A DNA stretch of 64,000 nucleotides from Patescibacteria group bacterium. Its GTDB lineage: Bacteria > Patescibacteriota > Minisyncoccia > Phycocordibacterales > UBA2100. The translations under genes were made by a program, and so were the position numbers. The stretch is from assembly GCA_038064535.1 (NCBI GenBank), contig JBBTSX010000005.1:13051-77050 (forward strand), given 5' to 3'. Shown in pieces: positions 56,339-64,000 of the stretch; position 1 is the first letter of the stretch, and each line of letters opens with the position of its first letter. The notes beneath the pieces are model-generated. The model had not been told where the DNA came from and searched no databases. It saw nothing but the letters and a program-made list of their open reading frames with translations.

Positions 56339-58984
56339 ATGGCCTGCGGGGCGCATCATGGCGATATGTACGCGTTTTTCAGCCGCGGCCTGCCTGTGCG
56401 TATGCAACGCACGCAGACAGGCTCTTCAGTCCTTGCCGCACTGGTGCTTGTCGGAGGCCTCGCCGTTGCCACACTCGCCGTGCAGGCCCTTTCGGGCCCG
56501 CAGAATTCTCAAGCACAAAGTGCTCAGGTGGCCGTACCTATCGTACCGCCGGTGGTTAGAGTCGCCGCTCCACGCATCACGTCACGCTCACCCGCTACGT
56601 GCAAAGATGCAATAGAGGCGGCTATGAAAGAGAAGCGTAGCGAAGACCCGGAGGCAGAAAGTTATACCAATGGAAAATCGGGAGTCCTCGACAAGTGCTA
56701 CGGAGCGATAATAAAAACCGGCAAAGACCCCGCCAAGGCAACGGCGGCTGATTACAACTGCACAGGCAGATTCGGTTACGCAGATGTTACAAGAAGGTCA
56801 GTGTCTGTCGTTACCAAACCGGACCCCAAAAACATACTAAAGGCGGGAGCGAAGGGTAGCTGCAAAATCACCATTTGTGAATATTTAGCGGAAGATGACG
56901 CCCATAAGTGCGGGCCGGCAAAAGTATTCGAGGGGGGGATAACGCTCCCAACGGAGCTTACGCCGAGAAGCAGTGTCGACGAGGTTGCGAGCAGTTTGAA
57001 GAACGATGCAGGTAAGCTTCCAACGCTGACGGGAAATCCCACCGACGCGGCGGCGATAAGCAGAGTTTTTGGTGAGGCGACACCGGAAGAAATCAAGGCC
57101 ATTGATGACGACCTGAAGAGACAGACAGCTAATTTGCAGGAGCTAGAGAAGTACGTAGGCGACTGCACTAAAGCGGGGGAAACGGATGGTTGTGGCCCAG
57201 GTAAGGACCAGACTCTCGAACAGCTCACTAGAGAGAGAGATGCGGCCGCCGCACTAGAGGCTGAATTGAAACAACAGTCCGATGCCCTCAAGCTGTCGCA
57301 AACACAGGATTTGACGTCGCTGTATAAGGACTGTAGTGGTTCCGACTGTATTGCAGTTGCCTATAAGCCGGAAGATGTCGCGGCGCTCAAAAAGGATGGT
57401 TATGAATGCGGAAGTCCGGAGTCGGATGGAAGTATTGCGTGCTACAAAGACAAGGCTTCCACACCTGACCCAAGCAAAGACTATTGGGTTCAACAGCGAG
57501 ACGGTCAGTGGTGCAATCAGAAGGCGGAATGCAGGCCGGCGTCGACGTTTACTCCGCCGCCCAAACAGTCAACAGGATGCACGGGTCCGAACTGCGACAA
57601 GGGAGGTGGCGGTGGAGGAGGGGGTGGAGGCGGACAACAGCAGACACCCGAGAAGCCAGGCGGTGGTGGCGGTGGAGGATTCAACGACATCATGAAAGCG
57701 ATTTTGGGCGGACTGGCAAAAGGTCTCGCGCAGGGGCTCGCACAACAGCCGGCGCAAGCGTGCCCGTCGGACCCCAATGCATATGCGCAACAACAACAGC
57801 AATACAATCAGCAGATGCAGCAATACAACTACCAGCTCCAGCAGTTCAACTACCAACAGCAGTTGAGCTACATGAACGGCATGCCCGCTCCGACTCCTCC
57901 GATTGCACCGCAGCCATGCACGCCGAACTCAAACTCCAATACATGCTCGGCCGCACCTGCGCAACCTAATCCGGCGGGATGCACCAATGGCACATGGAGA
58001 CCGATAACAACTCAGCAGGGCAACGGTTATCAGTGCACCTCGGGTTGGCAGTGCGTGCCGGGGGGCGGCACCGTGCCCACGGCACAGATTTCCTGCAGTC
58101 CCAAAGTCGCCGACGTCGGCATGACGGTCACTATCGCGTACGGATGCGGCAACGCGACAGGCAGTACCGGTCAAGGATTCGACACGAATAATCAGTTGTC
58201 CGGTTCGACTACCACTGTCATCACGGCGCCGCCGGCGGGAGCGACCGGTGCAAACTTCGAACTGAATTGCACCAATCAGGGGGCATCGAAACGGGCACAG
58301 TGCACCGTGCAGATTGGGCGCCCGACCATCGTGCTAGTCGCCAATCCCAAGGTCGTTGACCCGGGCAAGGCATCGACCATCGGCTGGATAACGAGCGGTA
58401 TGCAATCGTGTGTCGTCTCCAGTCCCGAGGATGGCGCGTTTACCGCCGAGAACGCGACCAACACAAGCGTCAACGGCATGGCGAGCACATCGCCGCTCAC
58501 ATCTCCGATTCATATACTTCTGCACTGCGTCACCATAGGCGGCGGCACGCGCGATGCGACGACCACGGTGAGTGTCGTCGGACAACCGGATATCGACGAC
58601 CAGGATCCGAATAGCGGCACGGTGACGGTCCGGTCGACTGCCGACGGGGAGTCCACTTCCCGCGGTAGCACGGTCACCGTATCGTGGAATGCGACAAACC
58701 CGCCCTCGGGCGCGCACATCGCACTCTGGCTCTACGACGTGCGCCTCAACACGACGACCGCGCTCATCGCCGACGACCTCGCCGCAAGCAGTACCTATGC
58801 GTGGCACCTGCCGAACGCCAATAGCACATGTGACCCGGAGTCCATCGATGTCTGTGGCGCAGACCTTGTGCCGGGCAGGCAGTATGGCATCGAAGCCGAC
58901 CTCTATACCGACACTTCCGACCCGAATAACCCCAACATCGTTGATTACGGGTTTACGCCCGAGCCGTTCACAATAAGCAGTTAA
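56339..58984 (+). CDS. large secreted protein with poly-Gly and poly-Gln tracts and C-terminal beta-rich repeats; family member 3 of the Gly-run secreted proteins
   Basis: TM/signal anchor. G13 and G7 runs. FNDIMKAILGGLAKGLAQGL helix motif shared with the 44499 and 45947 ORFs. Q-rich QQQQQYNQQMQQYNYQLQQFNYQQQ. Confidence 0.6.
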   Translation: MACGAHHGDMYAFFSRGLPVRMQRTQTGSSVLAALVLVGGLAVATLAVQALSGPQNSQAQSAQVAVPIVPPVVRVAAPRITSRSPATCKDAIEAAMKEKRSEDPEAESYTNGKSGVLDKCYGAIIKTGKDPAKATAADYNCTGRFGYADVTRRSVSVVTKPDPKNILKAGAKGSCKITICEYLAEDDAHKCGPAKVFEGGITLPTELTPRSSVDEVASSLKNDAGKLPTLTGNPTDAAAISRVFGEATPEEIKAIDDDLKRQTANLQELEKYVGDCTKAGETDGCGPGKDQTLEQLTRERDAAAALEAELKQQSDALKLSQTQDLTSLYKDCSGSDCIAVAYKPEDVAALKKDGYECGSPESDGSIACYKDKASTPDPSKDYWVQQRDGQWCNQKAECRPASTFTPPPKQSTGCTGPNCDKGGGGGGGGGGGQQQTPEKPGGGGGGGFNDIMKAILGGLAKGLAQGLAQQPAQACPSDPNAYAQQQQQYNQQMQQYNYQLQQFNYQQQLSYMNGMPAPTPPIAPQPCTPNSNSNTCSAAPAQPNPAGCTNGTWRPITTQQGNGYQCTSGWQCVPGGGTVPTAQISCSPKVADVGMTVTIAYGCGNATGSTGQGFDTNNQLSGSTTTVITAPPAGATGANFELNCTNQGASKRAQCTVQIGRPTIVLVANPKVVDPGKASTIGWITSGMQSCVVSSPEDGAFTAENATNTSVNGMASTSPLTSPIHILLHCVTIGGGTRDATTTVSVVGQPDIDDQDPNSGTVTVRSTADGESTSRGSTVTVSWNATNPPSGAHIALWLYDVRLNTTTALIADDLAASSTYAWHLPNANSTCDPESIDVCGADLVPGRQYGIEADLYTDTSDPNNPNIVDYGFTPEPFTISS

Positions 58985-59135
58985 CGGGTGCGTAAAAAAC
59001 TCGGCTGCATCGTTGCGTCTCCTTACAGGAGCGGTACACCTTTTGGATATTTTCTTCGCAGGAGCTCGAAAATACCTCAAAAGGTCTTGCGGAAGCTCCG
59101 TGTATTCGCTTCCTCACCTCGCGTCGTTCATTCAC

Positions 59136-59675
59136 CTAGAGCCCGAGGAACTCGAGGATTTTGTGCGGGAGCGGCTCTTTCATGTGCCGCTCTTCCGCAT
59201 GCTCTTTGAGGTAGCTGCGAATCTCGCGCGGGTCGACGTGTTCAATCGGAATGATGAGATTGGGCGCGAGGATTTTTGTGGTGTCGACGAGCAGAAGCGG
59301 ACGGTGGTGCGGATGTTCGTCCTCCACCCAGAAGGCGATAATCTCGCGATAGCGATGCAAGGTGCCGTTGATGCGGATGCCGCGGTCGGAAATCTCGAAT
59401 TGCGTGATGTCCGGCGCCTGCCGCGACTGCAGTGCGATGGTAATCGCCGCGACGAGAATCAGAATCGCAAAAAGGACGTCGTGAAAGAGAATGCTCGTGA
59501 CGGCGATGGACACAGCAACGATACCGAGTGCCAAATACCAGTCACTTCCGCGCTCGACATGTTCGTGCTCATACGCACTCCAATGCAAAACTACGTTCTG
59601 GTTGGGCATGTAGGATATTGTATCGCGTTTCCAGTGAATATCTTCCAGATATAGAGCAATTTGCTTGTGGTACAC
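59136..59675 (-). CDS. hypothetical membrane protein (two TM helices plus a bacterial PH-like C-domain?)
   Basis: 179-aa ORF; hydrophobic pair LALGIVAVSIAVTSILF / AILILVAAITIAL. Confidence 0.4.
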   Translation of the reverse strand: MYHKQIALYLEDIHWKRDTISYMPNQNVVLHWSAYEHEHVERGSDWYLALGIVAVSIAVTSILFHDVLFAILILVAAITIALQSRQAPDITQFEISDRGIRINGTLHRYREIIAFWVEDEHPHHRPLLLVDTTKILAPNLIIPIEHVDPREIRSYLKEHAEERHMKEPLPHKILEFLGL

Positions 59676-60168
59676 TGGATGGATGGCTGAGCGGTATAAA
59701 AGAAATCCGAACGTGAACTGTTTTGTCTGCCATAAACCCGTATACAGACGACCGTCTCTGCTCAGAGCCAGTAGTGGTCGAGCGTTTTGTGGGCAGCTTT
59801 GCTATGGCATTTCACAAAGAATAGAAACGCCGTGTATCGTTTGCGGTTCGCCAATTGTCGCCAGCAAGAACGCACAGACCTGTAGCAGGGCGTGCGCCAA
59901 CAAACATAGAGCAGGTATTAAATATAAAATTGGTCGACCGCGGGACAAGGTCGTGAGAGAACGCTCTATGAAGATTCGACTTATTGAGCAGCGAGGTGCG
60001 AAATGTGAACGATGCGGCTATAGCAAGGTTGAAATATTGCATGTGCATCACAGAGACAGAAACCGGAAAAATAATACATTAGAGAATTTGGAGTTGGTTT
60101 GTCCGAATTGCCACTACGAGGAACATTATTTAGAAAAAAGCTGGCTTAGTGATACTGTAAACGATTGA
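59665..60168 (+). CDS. HNH endonuclease with an N-terminal Cys-rich zinc-finger-like region
   Basis: CERCGYSKVEILHVHHRDRNRKNNTLENLELVCPNCH is a canonical HNH motif. AT-richer than its surroundings; abuts tRNA-Ser. Confidence 0.7.
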   Translation: MWYTGWMAERYKRNPNVNCFVCHKPVYRRPSLLRASSGRAFCGQLCYGISQRIETPCIVCGSPIVASKNAQTCSRACANKHRAGIKYKIGRPRDKVVRERSMKIRLIEQRGAKCERCGYSKVEILHVHHRDRNRKNNTLENLELVCPNCHYEEHYLEKSWLSDTVND

Positions 60169-60172
60169 ACAG

Positions 60173-60257
60173 GGAGGGGTGGCTGAGCGGTCTAAAGCAC
60201 CGGTCCTGAAAACCGGCGTGGGGAAACCCACCGTGAGTTCGAATCTCACCCCCTCCG
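60173..60257 (+). tRNA. tRNA-Ser (anticodon TGA), type II with long variable arm
   Basis: Acceptor GGAGGGG/CCCCTCC, D-arm GCTGAGCGGTCTAAAGCAC, anticodon arm CCGGT-CCTGAAA-ACCGG, variable stem GCGTGGGGAAACCCACC, T-arm GTGAGTTCGAATCTCAC. C at position 33. Confidence 0.75.
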
Positions 60258-60261
60258 CACG

Positions 60262-60292
60262 TGATGCAAAGATACCCCGCACGGGGTATTCT
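60262..60292 (+). terminator. intrinsic terminator AGATACCCCGCACGGGGTATTCTTTGTG
   Basis: Hairpin plus T-rich tail after tRNA-Ser. Confidence 0.65.
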
Positions 60293-60387
60293 TTGTGTCA
60301 CGAGGACGAGATTCGAAAGGCGGAGGCCGTAGGCCGAGCCAGGGCAGTGAGCACTTAGCGAGTGAAACAAGCTTAGTGACTCACGCC

Positions 60388-60406
60388 GAATCTCACCCCC
60401 TCCGCA
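60388..60406 (+). repeat. 19-bp exact direct repeat of the tRNA-Ser 3' end (GAATCTCACCCCCTCCGCA)
   Basis: Identical to 60241-60259; 128 bp downstream, ending 1 nt before the riboflavin kinase ATG. Confidence 0.85.
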
Positions 60407-60407
60407 T

Positions 60408-60746
60408 ATGCATTCTTTTACCGGTATTGTTCAACGGAGCTCAAAGCGGGCGACTGCACTTGGATATCCGACGGTGAACATTCCCTTGGGCGACGATTCT
60501 TCCGGCGTGTATGCGGCACGTGTTTTTGTCGACGACCGAGTCTACCGTGCGGCGGCATTTGCCGACCCGAAGCGCAAAATACTCGAAGCGCACATCGTGG
60601 ATTTCGAGGGTGACTTGTACAACAAAGAGGTAACTATTGAGCTTGTAAGGAAACTCCGTGATACGCAGACATTTGATACAGACGCAAAATTGCGGACGGC
60701 AATAGCGGACGACATTGCAAAAGTCCGGGAATACTTTAAGAATTGA
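60408..60746 (+). CDS. riboflavin kinase (stand-alone RibF C-terminal-domain homolog)
   Basis: ALGYPTVNI ... EAHIVDFEGDLYNKEVTIELVRKLRDTQTFD pattern of the riboflavin kinase domain; 112 aa. Confidence 0.7.
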   Translation: MHSFTGIVQRSSKRATALGYPTVNIPLGDDSSGVYAARVFVDDRVYRAAAFADPKRKILEAHIVDFEGDLYNKEVTIELVRKLRDTQTFDTDAKLRTAIADDIAKVREYFKN

Positions 60747-60749
60747 GCA

Positions 60750-61331
60750 ATGTTTACCGGAATCGTTGAGCGACAGGGCCGAATACGCGCTGTTTCGGGC
60801 ATCAAGAACAAGCGCTTTACGGTAGAGAAACCGGTTTCTTGGAAGTTGAAGACAGGTGCCAGCGTCGCCGTCGACGGCATCTGCGTGACGGTAACGTCTC
60901 ATACAAAGAATTCGTTTTCGTGCGACCTGATGCCCGAAACGCTCTCACGTACAACTGCGAGACAATTCCGTGTCGGCGCTACGGTGAATCTCGAACGGCC
61001 GTTAAAACTCGGCGACGAGCTCGGCGGGCACATCGTGCTCGGGCATGTTGATGTGCGGGGAAAGATTATGCGAGTCTACAAACGCGGCACTGCGCGCGAA
61101 GCGACCGTTTCAGTTCCGGCACGTTTTATGCGACTCGTAGCTGAAAAAGGCTCAATCGTTCTCAACGGAGTCTCGCTCACCGTATCAAAGAAGCAACGGA
61201 ACACGTTTGCGGTCGCGCTCATTCCGCACACACTCAAGGCGACGAACCTCGGTTCATTGCAGAAAGGTGACGGGGTAAATGTCGAATTTGACGCGACAAT
61301 GCGATATCTGGCAGCACGCAAAAAAAAGTGA
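60750..61331 (+). CDS. ribE: riboflavin synthase (alpha subunit)
   Basis: MFTGIVE... internal duplication with GHIVLGHVD / NGVSLTV lumazine-binding repeats. Confidence 0.85.
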   Translation: MFTGIVERQGRIRAVSGIKNKRFTVEKPVSWKLKTGASVAVDGICVTVTSHTKNSFSCDLMPETLSRTTARQFRVGATVNLERPLKLGDELGGHIVLGHVDVRGKIMRVYKRGTAREATVSVPARFMRLVAEKGSIVLNGVSLTVSKKQRNTFAVALIPHTLKATNLGSLQKGDGVNVEFDATMRYLAARKKK

Positions 61332-61343
61332 TACCGTGCGCTC

Positions 61344-61808
61344 ATGCAACGCAAAGAATTTCTGAAAAAAACAGCACCGCGCGATGCCTCGAAACTCAGC
61401 ATCGGCATCGTTGTCGCGGAATTCAACCCTGATATCACGGGAAGTTTGTTCGAGGGTGCCTTGAAAGCGCTCAAAGAGTGGGGCGTAAAGGAACGCAATA
61501 TCAATATATTTCGCGTGTACGGCTCGTTTGACCTCACGTACGGGTGTGACCTCATGTTTCGCAAGCATAAGCCGGATGCGGTAGTCGCACTCGGTTGCAT
61601 CATCAAAGGGGAGACCAATCACGACCACTACATTGCTTCGGCCTTGTCGCACGGACTTACCGGCCTCGCCATCAAGTACGGCAAGCCCGTTTCGTTCGGC
61701 GTTATCACGACCAATAATCTCGCGCAGGCAAAAGCGCGTTCGCGCGGCAAGACAAATCACGGCGAGAAGGCCGCTGTCGCCGCGCTCCAGGCGGCACTTT
61801 TGAAGTAG
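61344..61808 (+). CDS. ribH: 6,7-dimethyl-8-ribityllumazine synthase
   Basis: [20 protein letters not shown] ... [17 protein letters not shown] typical RibH. Confidence 0.88.
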   Translation: MQRKEFLKKTAPRDASKLSIGIVVAEFNPDITGSLFEGALKALKEWGVKERNINIFRVYGSFDLTYGCDLMFRKHKPDAVVALGCIIKGETNHDHYIASALSHGLTGLAIKYGKPVSFGVITTNNLAQAKARSRGKTNHGEKAAVAALQAALLK

Positions 61809-61816
61809 ACATGACC

Positions 61817-61878
61817 CGCCCCGTTAGAGGCCCGCAAAGAGGCAGTCGCCAACGGCGACTTGCCTCTAACGGGGCCCG
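61817..61878. repeat. palindromic intergenic element, copy 8 (CGCCCCGTTAGAGGCC ... GCCTCTAACGGGGCCCG) between ribH and the nucleotidyltransferase gene; inner stem GCAGTCGCC-AACG-GCGACTTGC
   Basis: Arm variant AGAGGC; continuous about 28-bp hairpin. Confidence 0.85.
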
Positions 61879-61882
61879 TATC

Positions 61883-62284
61883 ATGGTATTCGGTACCTTC
61901 GACATGCTCCACGAGGGGCATCTCGACTTTTTCCGGCAAGCCCGCAATCTCGCACCGGAGCCGCATCTCATCGTTTCCGTCGCGCGCGACGCGAGTGCCG
62001 CGCGCACCAAAGGTACGAAGCCGCGGCGCACAGAGACCGAGCGGCTCGCACTGGTGCAAGTCTGCGGATTAGTCGATGAAGCGGTACTTGGCGACGAGAC
62101 GGGATACATCGAACACATTCATGCCGCGCGGCCGGATATCATCGCGCTCGGCTACGATCAGAGTGGAGAATATGTGGAGCATTTGGAAAACGATTTGATG
62201 CGCGCCGGCGTCAGCGCGAAGGTGATGAGACTCAAGGCTTTCAGACCGGAGACCTTCAAGACATCAAAACTGCAGATTGAATAA
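61883..62284 (+). CDS. cytidylyltransferase-like nucleotidyltransferase, candidate FMN adenylyltransferase (RibL-like FAD synthetase)
   Basis: [13 protein letters not shown] (HxGH) nucleotidyltransferase motif; directly follows ribH. ORF track start 61811 lies in a palindromic element; start re-picked at 61883. Confidence 0.55.
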   Translation: MVFGTFDMLHEGHLDFFRQARNLAPEPHLIVSVARDASAARTKGTKPRRTETERLALVQVCGLVDEAVLGDETGYIEHIHAARPDIIALGYDQSGEYVEHLENDLMRAGVSAKVMRLKAFRPETFKTSKLQIE

Positions 62285-62422
62285 TTCCCGTATTTGTTGC
62301 TATAGCAACAAATACGGGAATTAGAAATATTGCACCCAGCTTTGCTATACTCGCATCATGAATCCCGCCCTTTCAAATCTTCCGACTTGCGCAACTTCTC
62401 TTATGAGCGTAGAAATGGCGGG

Positions 62423-62812
62423 ATGAAATACCTCGGCATCGATTATGGGGCGAAACGCGTCGGCATCGCGGTTTCCGACGCCGACGGCACCATAGCGTTT
62501 CCGCGCGGCACACTTGAGAATGGTCCCGACATCGTCGAGCGCATCGCCCGGCGCGCTACGGAAGAGAACGCGGAGATGATAGTCGTCGGGGATACACGTT
62601 CGTTCTCGGGCCTTGAAAATCCGGTCACGAAGGAATCGGACGAATTTGTCGAACGCCTCAAAAAAACGACCGGTCTTCCGGTCGTCCGGGCGTGGGAAGC
62701 GGGAAGCTCTATCGAAGCTTCGCGTTATGCGCCGGAAGGACAGGAGCACGATGACGCGTCGGCCGCCGCCGTCATCCTGCAGAGATTTCTGGATATGCGG
62801 ACGGGGAAGTAG
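62423..62812 (+). CDS. ruvX: Holliday junction resolvase-like / pre-16S rRNA nuclease YqgF (RuvX)
   Basis: MKYLGIDYGAKRVGIAVSD motif. Start re-picked within ORF 62330..62812. Confidence 0.8.
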   Translation: MKYLGIDYGAKRVGIAVSDADGTIAFPRGTLENGPDIVERIARRATEENAEMIVVGDTRSFSGLENPVTKESDEFVERLKKTTGLPVVRAWEAGSSIEASRYAPEGQEHDDASAAAVILQRFLDMRTGK

Positions 62813-62821
62813 AATACTCCT

Positions 62822-63217
62822 ATGCCGGATGAAATCTCATACAGCGATTTTGCGAAGCTCGATATCCGCATCGGTATGGTGCTCGCCGCCGAGCGCGTGC
62901 CGGAGACCGACAAGCTCATCAAGTGCACGGTGGATTTCGGCCTAAAACCGTCTGCGAAAACAGACGGTTCGGCCGATTATCCGCCGATGGTGGATGATTT
63001 AGGCAAACACGATATTCGCACCATTGTGTCAGGCATCGCCGAATGGAAAACTCCCGAAGCGTTGGTCGGTAAACGATTGCCGTACATCGTGAATCTCGCT
63101 CCACGCGTGCTGAAGGGGATAGAAAGTCAGGGAATGTTGCTTGCGGCAAGCGACGAGAACGGTGTCGCGCTCCTCTATCCGGAGCGGGATGTCGCACCGG
63201 GCAGCCGACTTCGCTAA
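62822..63217 (+). CDS. tRNA-binding domain protein (CsaA/YgjH-like, EMAP-II/MetRS C-terminal fold)
   Basis: FAKLDIRIGMVLAAERVPETDKLIKCTVDFG ... IVSGIAEWKTPEALVGKRLPYIVNLAPRVLKGIESQGMLLAA. Confidence 0.75.
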   Translation: MPDEISYSDFAKLDIRIGMVLAAERVPETDKLIKCTVDFGLKPSAKTDGSADYPPMVDDLGKHDIRTIVSGIAEWKTPEALVGKRLPYIVNLAPRVLKGIESQGMLLAASDENGVALLYPERDVAPGSRLR

Positions 63218-63337
63218 AGCTTCGACGGCCACGGCAAAATTGCGCTGAGCGTGCCCCGCCGACGGCGGGGCGTGCAAACTTCTTGATATACTGTGCGCAT
63301 GCGGCCGTCTCAACAGCGGTCCTCTGCGCACACGCAG

Positions 63338-64000
63338 ATGGGCCGTTCACTCTTGCATTCGCTCGCGCGGGCGTTTCCCACCCCGCCGTTGCTTTTGCCG
63401 CGCGCGGCCGGAGTGGATATTTCGGACTCGTCCATCAAATGGCTCGCTTTTTCCGAGCGCGGCGGAGCGCGGCAGGTACAAACATACGGCGAGATTTCAC
63501 TCGAGAGCGGAATCGTCGTGAGCGGTGCGGTGCAGGATGTCGCAGGCCTCACCGCGGCGTTGAAAGAGCTCAAGAAAGAGCTTGGCAGTGTTTCGTGCGC
63601 GCATGCGGCGCTTCCCGAAGAGTTGGCCTACGTGTTCAGCATGCATATGCCGTATGGCACATCGCGCGAGCAGGCGCTCAAAATGATTGAGTTTGAATTT
63701 GAAGACCGCGTCCCCATTCCGCCTTCCGCCGCGGTGTACGACTACAACGAGCTCTCGCAGAACGGAATCGTAAGCGACGAAGTCGCCGTGGTCGTTTTTC
63801 CGCGTGACGTCGCGGAAGCGTATGTAGAGGCATTCGAGGGCGCCGGCATCACACTACTCTCGCTCGAAATCGAGGCGCGTTCAATCGCGCGCGCGGTATC
63901 TTCGGGCGCGCCCGACGAACCCATCACACTACTTGTCGATTTCGGGCGCGCCCGGACGGGGTTCGCGGTGCTCAAATACGGACTCCCTATTTTCACCTCT
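63338..64000 (+). CDS. pilM: type IV pilus assembly protein PilM (actin-like ATPase), 3' partial
   Basis: Hand translation of the open frame from 63299 runs to the end of the window without a stop: ...AAGVDISDSSIKWLAF...LLVDFGRARTGFAVLKYG. Absent from the ORF track because it has no stop. Confidence 0.65.
   Translation, partial: MGRSLLHSLARAFPTPPLLLPRAAGVDISDSSIKWLAFSERGGARQVQTYGEISLESGIVVSGAVQDVAGLTAALKELKKELGSVSCAHAALPEELAYVFSMHMPYGTSREQALKMIEFEFEDRVPIPPSAAVYDYNELSQNGIVSDEVAVVVFPRDVAEAYVEAFEGAGITLLSLEIEARSIARAVSSGAPDEPITLLVDFGRARTGFAVLKYGLPIFTS

Noticed and set aside
44860-57680. Gly-codon runs (GGN)n / (GGA AGT)n considered as possible CRISPR-like or VNTR arrays
   Set aside because: They are in-frame within long secreted-protein genes and lack a repeat-spacer structure. 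No CRISPR array was found anywhere in the window.

Overview
GC-rich bacterial chromosomal window that spans the replication-origin neighbourhood. On the minus strand lie rpmH-rnpA-yidC-jag. On the plus strand lie dnaA-dnaN, with one perfect DnaA box and a promoter upstream of dnaA and an AT-rich oriC-like spacer between dnaA and dnaN.

Housekeeping genes: uvrD/pcrA (5' partial), rsmA, class A PBP, ruvC, ruvB and ruvA (dispersed), pilB, tsaE, polA, a holA-like gene, a SpoU-type methyltransferase, murE, rpsT, a rib cluster (riboflavin kinase domain, ribE, ribH and a RibL-like nucleotidyltransferase), ruvX, a CsaA-like tRNA-binding protein and a 3' partial pilM.

Accessory content:
- An 11-gene plus-strand cluster of secreted and membrane proteins with a type IV secretion-like core (VirB6/TrbL-like, PrgI-like, VirB4 ATPase, pilin-like).
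- A tandemly duplicated module of a small polytopic membrane protein (minus) and a large secreted HExxH protein (plus), followed by a secreted PDZ protein.
- A family of three large secreted proteins with poly-Gly runs.
- An ArsR-type regulator plus VIT-family transporter with matching palindromic operators.
- Four tRNAs (Lys-TTT, Pro-CGG, Arg-GCG?, Ser-TGA).
- An island-like stretch between tRNA-Pro and tRNA-Ser. It carries a lower-GC C39-like peptidase, a mini pseudo-tRNA, a PaaX-like regulator gene flanked by 34-bp repeats, an HNH endonuclease and a 19-bp duplication of the tRNA-Ser 3' end.

The most striking unexplained signal is a family of at least 8 intergenic palindromic elements with conserved about 14-nt arms GCCCCGTTAGAAGC / GCTTCTAACGGGGC that enclose 20-110 bp. 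They sit at gene junctions: the left arm often carries an ATG overlapping the upstream stop codon, and the right arm sits at the start of the downstream gene.

Short versions of several proteins (YidC, RnpA, YebC) and the Gram-positive/CPR-style T4SS parts suggest a small-genome bacterium, possibly Patescibacteria-like; that is inference only.

Coordinates of CDS come from the ORF track, with starts re-picked where noted. Coordinates of small features are hand-counted and may be off by 1-2 nt.
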